Translations under genes and position numbers: made by a program
From: Eledone cirrhosa
Taxonomy: Eukaryota
DNA: 64,000 nt
Reading direction: 5' to 3'
Assembly: GCA_964016885.1 (NCBI GenBank)
Contig: OZ024759.1
Location: 35,278,001 to 35,342,000, forward strand
The notes under the pieces: model-generated
Databases searched by the model: none
Told to the model about the DNA's origin: nothing
The model's input: the letters and a program-made list of their open reading frames with translations, nothing else
Shown here: in pieces, positions 54,701-64,000 of the stretch
Layout of the letters: every line of letters begins with the position of its first letter
How positions within the stretch are numbered: the stretch's first letter is position 1

Positions 54701-55239
54701 AGAGTAATCCAATAAAAGCTGACCTTCTAGCATTTAGCAGTCAATAAGTTATCCAGGAAAATTTAACAGAGAAGATGCAGTTATCTCCCATCGACTATAA
54801 TAACTCAACGTCTTTCTTTTTTTTTTTCTTGTTTTTGATTTTCATTTTATTGAAAAATTTAATAACTTTTTTTCTTAATACGTTTGTAATTTTCATTTGT
54901 GATTTTGAAATCAGGTTAACAGGTGAAAATTCATTAGAAAAAGCTCAGCACGGAGCGATCAGAAACATTATCATAAACAGATAAAATATATTGATGCAAA
55001 AACCAACCCAAACCAAACAGTGAGTGTTTTACTATATATTTCTGGCAATATTATAACAATATGGCTCTCCCCAAATATAAAAACATTTGTTTCAACACAC
55101 GATTTCATATCAAAAACCTCGCAAAACAAATTCATCACTATCATAAAGAAAATATTTTTTATACTGTATATACTTAATTTTTCCTCTATAGAAAAAAATC
55201 TGCTGTGTTCAGACCTGGAGAGAGTTGGGCTCTGTCAGG

Positions 55240-55480
55240 TTTAAAAGTACCCTAGAGACCCCATATGACAGTGGCTCTATGACTCTACAAGGAGTTATTG
55301 GATATTTATCTGGGCTCCACCAGATATAAAAGTACCCTAGACACCCCGTATAACAGTGCCTCTACAACTCCACAAGAAGTTATGGGATCTTTATCTGGGC
55401 TCCACTAGGTTTAAAAGTACCCTAGACACCCCGTATAAAAGTGTCTCTACAACTCCACAAGGAGTTATGGGATATTTATC
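55240..55480. repeat. ~85-bp tandem repeat, ~3 copies
   Basis: aaaagtaccctaga.acccc.tat at ~55243, 55328 and 55413. Confidence 0.85.
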
Positions 55481-55709
55481 CTGTATCCTTTATTCACAGT
55501 TGTATAAATAACATTACAAATTGTTTAGAATTCTTTTAGAATGAAAATATAAAAACATATAATAAATACAATTTATTATTGCTAGGAACCTCACAAAAGT
55601 GAAATTGAAAGAGAGGGAGTGAGAGAGAGAGAGAGAGACAGCGAGAAAGAGACAGCGAGAAAGAGGGAGACAGAAAGGCAGAGAGTATATATATATATAT
55701 ATATGTCTA

Positions 55710-55752
<43 letters not shown>

Positions 55753-56189
55753 TTCAATCATATCTTATTTTGTTTGACCCGTTTAGCTTATTCGCTTTTT
55801 TGGCTAAGGTGGTTAATGGCTTCTTAACCATCGTCTCAGTTTGTATGACCATTTTAACTTATGTTTTTAGCGCTGGTATCTTCATATCCATGGAGCGCTT
55901 GTCTGCACAATACGGAAGTTGCATTTCGCTAATTTCTACCCACCGAAATGGTGGCGGTGTTGGTGGTGGTGGTGGTGGTAGTAGTGGTGTTGGTGGTAGT
56001 AGTAGTGGTGGCAGTGGTTGTGATGGTGGTGGGGGCTGTTTCCTGGTAAGATATGTCAAAATTTGTCACTTTTGTTTTGCCTGCACACACACACACACGT
56101 CTGACTGTCATGTAACATCACACTACCTAAACAACCGCCATACTATCTACCATAGACCTTTCATTGTCAGAGAAGGTAATGGTCTCACT

Positions 56190-56690
56190 TTAACATAGAT
56201 TCCCTCCACTCTCTCTCACCATCCAATTCTGTTGTTCACCATATTTAGCAGGTCAGAGAGATTGCACTATAACATCCCAAATCTGATAAAGGTCTTGGCT
56301 TGATCTCCTCTCCTAGCCCTTCCTTGGGAAGGTTCCTACAAATGAGAGATTGCACTATAACATCCCAAATCTGATAAAGGTCTTGGCTTGATCTCCTCTC
56401 CTAGCCCTTCCTTGGGAAGGTTCCTACAAATGAGAGATTGCACTATAACATCCCAAATCTGATAAAGGTCTTGGCTTGACCTCCTCTCCTAGCCCTTCCT
56501 TGGGAAGGTTCCTAAAAATGAGAGATTGCAGTATATGTCATCACAAAGCTAATATAGGTCTTGGATTGTTGTCCTCTGCTAGCTCTTCTTTGCGTAGGGC
56601 CCCACAAAAGAACTTCACTAACAATCTCATCTTTAACTCTCCAGCAATGCCCTGTCAAAAGGTGGTCAAGAAGCCATTAACCAAGGAAGC
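56190..56690 (-). mobile_element. Degenerate RTE 3' remnant with an 88-bp tandem amplification (56257-56600)
   Basis: Minus translation GHCWRVKDEIVSEVLLWGPTQRRASRG...DLLNMVNNRIGW*ERV matches RTE C-terminal motifs. Three near-identical 88-bp units plus a diverged one. Confidence 0.65.
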
Positions 56691-56779
56691 TGTTAAAACA
56701 ACAAAATGCAATCTTGTGCATTTTGCTGTTTTAGCAGCTTCCTCGCGCTGAGTTCTTCCAATTATTATATGAATATCAT

Positions 56780-57066
56780 GATCATCATTTTACGTCCGCT
56801 TTGCAAGGGTGGGATGGGTCCTATTCAGCACAGCATCTCTCCACTTGTCACAGTCCGTTGTCATCTCCTCCGTGAGTTTCAGCAATCTGAGGTCTGCTCT
56901 CACTACCTCCACCCTTGGTTTTCGTGGTCTTCCTCTATTGCGTCTTCCTTCTACTGGGATTTCTTTGCACTTCTTTACCCAGCGGTCATCCTCCATGCTC
57001 ATCACATGTCCATACCATCTCAGTCTTCTCTCCTGCACGCCACAACTTATCCCTCTTATACCCAGT

Positions 57067-57069
<3 letters not shown>
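56780..57069 (-). mobile_element. RTE LINE 3' fragment (family of 59977-62170)
   Basis: QERRLRWYGHVMSM...GRRNRGRPRK...; (gat)n tail. Confidence 0.85.
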
Positions 57070-57102
<33 letters not shown>

Positions 57103-57110
<8 letters not shown>

Positions 57111-57668
57111 ATACTTTGGGAGGGTCATGTTGCCAATAAGAAACACACGCACCAGTTGCTTTCACTTCAATTTATTATAATAAATTTATAAATTTAGGAA
57201 TTTATAAATTTCCGGATGGTTGGTTCCATAACCAGATGATTGTTTATATATTGTCAAAGTTCTTTCGTCACACATTCTGTGACCTCTTCAGTGACTGGGG
57301 ATTCTTTTCTTTGTTTTTGTGCCTCTCCTTTGTTCTGTCCTACGCCATCTTGTTTGATGGCGTAGGACAGAACAAAGGAGAGGCACAAAAACAAAGAAAA
57401 GAATCCCCAGTCACTGAAGAGGTCACAGAATGTGTGACGAAAGAACTTTGACAATATATAAACAATCATCTGGTTGTGGAACCAACCAACCAACCAACCG
57501 GAAATTTATAAATTCCTAAATTTATAAATTTATTATAATAAATTGAAGTGAAAGCAACTGGTGCGTGTGTTTCTTATTGGCAACATGACCCTCCCAAAGT
57601 ATAACAATATCGGTTTCAACACACGTTTTCAGATAAAGAATCTTGCTAAACAAATTCAGAAACGAAAT
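57103..57668. mobile_element. Penelope-like pLTR palindrome (~250-bp arms, 6-nt loop at 57350-57355)
   Basis: Near-perfect inverted repeat 57103-57610. The right arm continues to ~57668 as in the single copy at 10686-10975. (TA)n flanks. Confidence 0.8.
57410..57452 (+). ncRNA. Minimal type I hammerhead motif (mirror copy at 57253-57295, minus)
   Basis: GUCA-CUGAAGA-gGUCACA gaaug UGUGAC-GAAAGAACUU|UGAC. Stem I 4 bp, stem II 6 bp, minimal stem III. Confidence 0.6.
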
Positions 57669-58278
57669 ATATATATATATTTATATATATATATATATAT
57701 ATACGATATTAACAAATGGAAACTATATTTATAAAACCATATTTATTTCATTATACATATTTCAAGGACACCAAGTTAAATTATGGTGTGCTTTCATCAG
57801 ATAAAATATAATATAGAGCAGTTTTATAAATAAATATTGACATACCCTTAAAGAATGCAACCATTACTGTTGGAAGCTCCCGGATAGTGGGGTTATAGCT
57901 TTAATTATACTATTAGGTAAGTTAGTATTGGATATTTTTAAATAAGCCATTGGGTTACGTAGAAAGAGAGAGAGAGAGAGAGCAGAACAACAGAGAGAAA
58001 TATATATATGATGTAACCGGTACCAGCAGGGAAACCTTATACTAGTCTTGTTAACCTCTTATATATATATATGTGTGTGTCTGACATGAAGGTTACCATA
58101 CAGTCACTCATGGCTCAGATAACCTCTCTTAGTGACATATAAACCCACTCTCAACATACCAGTGTAGGCTTTATCTATTCTTCTTTCAAGTCGGCCATAC
58201 ACGTGATGCTATCACGTCTCTTGTGTGGAACCATAGCTTTTCATTCACTGAAATAATGCATAGAATTTCTACCTACTA

Positions 58279-58325
<47 letters not shown>

Positions 58326-58401
58326 GCATATACATACATATGAAAACACCATCCCACACACACAGACAGTGACATGGTTGCTGGTTGCATTATTATAAAG
58401 A

Positions 58402-58964
<563 letters not shown>

Positions 58965-59046
58965 ATGTATAACAATGTAATAATAATGCATTTAAAACAA
59001 AACTAGAGAGAATAGAGAACAAAGACATTACATTCTCGTGTTCTCT

Positions 59047-59390
59047 GTATATAATGTATTGTATAGTGTGTATATATAATGTATTGTATAGTGTGTGTAT
59101 ATAATGTATTGTATAGTGTGTGTATATAATGTATTGTATAGTGTGTGTATATAATGTATTGTATAGTGTGTATATATAATGTATTGTATAGTGTGTGTAT
59201 ATAATGTATTGTATAGTGTGTGTATATAATGTATTGTATAGTGTGTATATATAATGTATTGTATAGTGTGTGTATATAATGTATTGTATAGTGTGTTTGT
59301 GTGTGTGTGTGTAATATATTGTATAGTGTGTGTGTGTGTGTGTAATATATTGTATAGTGTGTGTGTGTGTGTAATATATTGTATAGTGTG
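59047..59390. repeat. 25-bp minisatellite (atataatgtattgtatagtgtgt(g/a)t)
   Basis: Directly visible. Confidence 0.9.
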
Positions 59391-59807
59391 TGATGTGACA
59401 GTAGCTTGAATAGTTTAAGTGATATAGAAGAGAGAGAGAGAGAGAGAGAGAGAGAAGGACTGTATTGTATTGAAATAGTGAAAGACAGTAGCTGACCATA
59501 AGATGAAGCCCATTGATGCTTCCATTGATCTTCCTATCACTAACATTATATCTGCTGGTCAGTGTAACTGACCGAAGGGCCAACATGGAATAGAGTTCAT
59601 GTGTTCGCTCACACCAAGATGGTAATACATTACCAGTGGTATATCAACATACATGTACAACTATACCTCCTAATTGTATGAACATCTGATGATGTCACAT
59701 GGAGACTGTTAATGATAATTATTGCATAATCATATTGAAATATATACTTATTCAATAAAATACTTATGTGAAAGTAACCCTGTCTAAACAATATTTTGTA
59801 TATATAT

Positions 59808-59976
59808 TATCATCATCATCATCATCATCGTTAATCTCCATCTTTCCCGTTAGTATGGGTTAGATGGGATTGTCCCACTTGAGGCAAAATTGGTTGGCTG
59901 ATTATGTCTCGCTTGTATAGGACTGTATCGAGCAGGTTTTTTTACAGCTGGATGCCCTTCCTAACACCAACCACAT
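59808..59976 (-). mobile_element. RTE-derived non-autonomous element, 3' part fused to the LINE tail
   Basis: tgtggttggtgttaggaagggcatccagctgtaaaa...acccatactaacgggaaagatggagattaac(gat)n. Confidence 0.7.
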
Positions 59977-62166
59977 TTACGTCTGCTCTTCCCTGCTTGC
60001 AAGGGTGGGACGGGTCTTATTCAGCACAGCATCTCTCCACTTCTCACGGTCCTTCGTCATCTCCTCAGTGAGCTTCAGCGATCTGAGGTCTGTTCTCACC
60101 ACCTCCGCCCATGTTTTTCGTGGTCTACCTCTACCATATCTTCCTTCAACTGGCATTTCCTGGCACTTCTTCACCCATCGGACATCCTCCATGCGCATCA
60201 CATGTCCATACCACCTCAGTCTCCTCTCTCGCATACTACATTCTATCCCTCTCAGACACAGTTTCTTTCTCTCTCAACACATTTATGCTGGGTCGTTCAC
60301 GCACATTTACACTGCACATCCAATGGAGCATGCTTGCCTCATTTCTCTCCAGCCGTCGCATATCCTCTGCAGTTGCTGCCCATGTCTCACTACCATGCAG
60401 CATCGCGCTCCTCACACAGACATCATATAACCGGCCTTTCGTATGCAGGGAGAAACCCTTCTTCGTCAGCAGAGGAAGCAGCTCCCTAAACTTCTTCCAA
60501 CCCGTCCTTATTCTAGATACTATGGCCTCAGAACAGCTCCCTCCCATGATAATCTGATCTCCTAGGTACCGGAAGCTATCCACCACTTCTATAGCACCCG
60601 CCTGCATTTGAAAAATGTGTCTATCAATGCGACTGCTACTGTCTAATTTCCCTGTACATCTACTGCATACGTATTTCTCCCTACCTGTTAGTTTGCCTGC
60701 TATCCCGCTACAACTCTTGTGTACCCAGGATCTGTATTGTGTACATTTTATAGAATTTATGCCAGTTCCTTTTCTGCATATCAAACATGGCCATTTCCCT
60801 GATGGAATCAGAGTTTTGTCCTCTTTTCTACTCATCAACACTTTTGTCCTAGCTAGGTTCACTCTCAGTCCTCTTGCTTCCAACTGCTGTTTCCATAGCC
60901 AGAATTTATTCGCTAGCTCCTCTACCGATTCTGCTATAAGAACCAGATCGTCAGCATAGAGAAGTTCCCATGGACATCCAGTCTTAAACACCTCTGTTAT
61001 GGCTTGGAGGACTATAATGAACAAGAGCGGGCTGAGGACCGAATCTTGATGTACTCCTACTTGTATCTGGAATTCCTCACTAAACTTCATTCCTACCCTG
61101 ACTTTACTGACAGTACCTCTGTACAAAGTTTGCACTGTCCTCACAAGGCATTCCTCAACGCCTAGTTTCCTTAGGGACCACCAGATGACAGATCGGGGTA
61201 CCCTATCAAAGGCCTTCTCTAGGTCAACAAAGGCTAAGTATAGTGGCTTATTTTTCTCTAAGAACCTCTCTTGCAATTGTCTCACCAAGAAGAGGGCATC
61301 TGTTGTACTTTTCCCAGGCACAAAACCAAACTGCATCTCATCTAGTTTGACCCTTTCTCTAATTAGTTGTGCTAATATCCTTTCTGCCACTTTCATAACC
61401 TGATCCATCAGTTTTATACCACTATAATTGCTCCTCTCCAGAGCATCCCCTTTACCTTTGTAGCAATTTATGAGAATACTGCTGCACCAGTCTTTGGGTA
61501 TGACACCGCCATATATAGCTTGATTAATGATGCGTGCAACCAGTTTAGTGCCTACGTCCCCTGATGCCTTCAGCATCTCAGCAACTATCCCCAATGGTCC
61601 AGCAGTCTTACCATTTTTCATTTCCTTAATCGCCTCTTGGACCCTATATTCGTCAATCTCAATAGCTAGCCCCTCTGTCAGATCTACTGAGGGTAATTTC
61701 TCTCTCTCCCATTCGTTCTCCACATTCATCAGTCTCTCATAATGACATTTCCAGACCTCCTTTTTCTGATCATTTGTGACACTAAGTACACCGGCATCAT
61801 TCCAGACACATTTATCTCCAACAACATCCAGATTTACATTGACACACTGCCTTGCAATGTGGAAGACTGCACGCCTCTGATCTTCCCGTCGCAGAACATT
61901 GGCAAACCTCCTACTCTCAGCCTCCCTGCGTGCTAAGTACACCTGACGTCTAGCTTCTCTATTAGCGGCTGTATATCCTTCCTTACTCCCACCCTTTTTC
62001 CAAGCCTTCCATGCTAGTCTTTTGTCTCTAATGGCCTTATCTACTGTGCTGTTCCACCACCAGGTCACTCTCTGTCTGGTTGGAGCTCTGCTCCAGCCAC
62101 AAGTTTCATGAGTAGCCTGCAGTAAGTTGTCACGTAATAAATTCCAGTTATTATCTATGCCATACG

Positions 62167-62170
<4 letters not shown>
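59977..62170 (-). pseudogene. 5'-truncated RTE-clade LINE: reverse transcriptase with an inserted PHD-like finger, one frameshift near 60240
   Basis: YKGKGD..NYSGIKL, QFGFVPGKSTTDA, FVDLEKAFDRV, GVHQDSVLSPLLF, LLYADDL, FRYLG, then RLRWYGHV..GRPRKTW in the next frame. No endonuclease domain; ends at (TA)n. Confidence 0.93.
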
Positions 62171-62212
<42 letters not shown>

Positions 62213-62245
62213 TAAGTATTTCCGTAATATATATATAAATATATA

Positions 62246-62453
62246 TATAAATATTTAATATAGAAATGGCTTCTACAGGACTAGAACTGTTTCATTCGGG
62301 AGAAATCATCAGTAAGTGGCTTCCTTATGATTTCTCCCGAATGAAACAGTTCTTAGTCCTGTAGAAGCCATTTCTATATTAAATATTTATACTCCGCTAT
62401 GTATTGAGTACCTTACTTACTGTGGTTACACCCGATTGGACCCGGGATAAACT
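62246..62453. mobile_element. Penelope-like pLTR palindrome (~62-bp arms) with hammerhead core, plus 3' tail
   Basis: Left arm on minus: CTGATGA-tttctcccgaat-GAAACAGTT-ctagtcctgtagaagcc. Right arm has CTTATGA. Tail tattgagtacc...; (TA)n flanks. Confidence 0.7.
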
Positions 62454-62495
62454 TATATATATATATATATACATACACACACACATATATATATA

Positions 62496-62554
<59 letters not shown>

Positions 62555-62763
62555 TACTAATACTTTGGCCTAATTTTATCAACAGTAGTTTCCACGAAAA
62601 CAGCCAATCCTTTCAACAAATGATGAGACAGGAAATCACCAATCTCTACCAAATTACCTCACACATTGCATTCTCAGCAATTTCTCAACCATATAATACT
62701 CATAGCTGCTGCTGTTGTTTTTAAAAAAAGATTAGGACAGTCATGAAGTTATCTCCCTTGGTT

Positions 62764-63034
62764 TTCTTCTTCTTCGCCCACTTATACCTGAGAGGGTCGT
62801 GGGGTCAGAGACCTCAAACACTGCCTTCCAGTAGGTCCTGTCAGAAGCAACCGTCTCCAACTGAATCCCCAAGCAAGATCAGCCAAGCTCATGAATGTTA
62901 TCCAACCATCTTGCTCGGGGTTTACCCCTGGGTCTCCTGCCAGTTGGTTTTGCCTGTAAAATCTGTCCAGTGATTCTTTCCTGAGACATTCTAACCACAT
63001 GTCCTTAGTATTGGAGCTGTGATCTCTCAATTCG
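62764..63034 (-). mobile_element. Rex3-like LINE 3' fragment carrying one copy of the 60-bp unit
   Basis: Colinear with 2183-2440 and 47895-48160; stops at ctctcaattc next to (TA)n. Confidence 0.85.
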
Positions 63035-63089
63035 GATATATATATATGTCATCTGAGTTTTTCGAATATTAATAATGACATTATTATTA

Positions 63090-63120
<31 letters not shown>

Positions 63121-63127
63121 TTGGTGC

Positions 63128-63512
63128 CACAACATCCAGGCCGAAACAAATGAGATCGTGTAGGTGTCACGACAAAAAACACACAGTCCACGCTGTAATG
63201 TGGTCGTGTAGGCAACACGGTAAAAACCTCCCAGTCCCACACGGTAAATGTGGTTGGTGTTAGGAAGGGCATCCAGCTGTAGAAAACCCGCCAGACAGTC
63301 CACGCTGTAATGTGGCCGTGTAGGCAACACGGTAAAAACCTCCCAGCCCCACACTGTAAATGTGGTTGGTGTTAGGAAGGGCATCCAGCTGTAGAAAACC
63401 CGCCAGACAGTCCTATGCGAGCAAGACAACCACTCTTGCCTCAAGTGGGAAAACTCCCGTCCAAACCCATGCAAGAGTGGAACATGGACGTTAAACGATG
63501 ATGATGATGATG
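63128..63512 (+). mobile_element. RTE-derived non-autonomous element with an internal ~112-bp tandem duplication
   Basis: acagtccacgctgtaatgtgg...tagaaaacccgccag occurs twice; tail ggacgttaaac(gat)n. Confidence 0.8.
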
Positions 63513-63520
63513 ATATATAC

Positions 63521-63551
<31 letters not shown>

Positions 63552-63596
63552 GTGATGAAACATAAGTCAATTGCATGAACTCATAATCCTTTATTT

Positions 63597-63652
63597 ACTG
63601 CTATATATATTTCAATGATAGCCATTGAATGGCTATGACCTCATCAGGCAGT
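63597..63652 (-). ncRNA. Minimal type I hammerhead ribozyme motif
   Basis: Minus: ACUGC-CUGAUGA-ggucAUAGCCAU uca AUGGCUAUcauu-GAAA-UAUAUA-UA|GCAGU-aaauaaa. Stem I is a perfect 5 bp; stem III is palindromic AUAUAUAU. Confidence 0.65.
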
Positions 63653-64000
63653 TAGTCAGTTCTTAGATATGCCAGCTCTGTGTTTATAGTGTTGATGGTA
63701 TCAGAGCCTTGGGACATATGAGCTTGTTAGGAATAATTTAATGTTGTCAGCAGGAATAGTCTTAATTCTCATTGGTCAGTTTGTAGATGCTAGTAGGGTT
63801 GGTATTTGACCTCAAAGAGATCTGTGGTGTTGTAAAGTTCAAACCATCAGGCAAGATGACAATAGTTCCATATGACTGTTTTTCACAAAAAGCATTCCTG
63901 GTCAGATATATATTCAATTAAGGTTAATAGTATGAAATAGATACTACAGGTCATTCTTATATTGAGGTATTTATGTGGAGTGGTGGTACTGAAAATTATG

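Noticed and set aside
57236-57493. Pair of near-identical ORFs on opposite strands
   Set aside because: A trivial consequence of the palindrome.
60236-62068. Active autonomous LINE or domesticated host gene
   Set aside because: No ATG start or endonuclease domain, a frameshift before the C-terminus, and substitutions in conserved motifs (e.g. QD for QG, NYSG for NYRG).

Overview
Eukaryotic, AT-rich, extremely microsatellite-rich DNA. The repeat repertoire (tRNA-derived SINEs, RTE-clade LINEs, long (TA)n/(CA)n tracts, an intronless C2H2 ORF) suggests an octopus/cephalopod genome; this is inference. Only one convincing host CDS is present: a ~520-aa multi-C2H2 zinc-finger ORF (42608-44170, minus). 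There is also a 5'-truncated, frameshifted RTE LINE whose RT carries an internal PHD-like finger (59977-62170). Almost all other ORFs in the track are microsatellite or minisatellite read-through. Two signals stand out. (1) Several sequence-unrelated type I hammerhead-ribozyme motifs (CUGANGA...GAAA...UH with pairable stems) lie in short Penelope-like pLTR remnants embedded in (TA)n, often folded back into palindromes. (2) LINE coding DNA has repeatedly been converted into minisatellites: two copies of a Rex3/Expander-like LINE amplified the same 60/63-bp segment about 21 and about 90 times. All coordinates and copy numbers were read by eye and are approximate.
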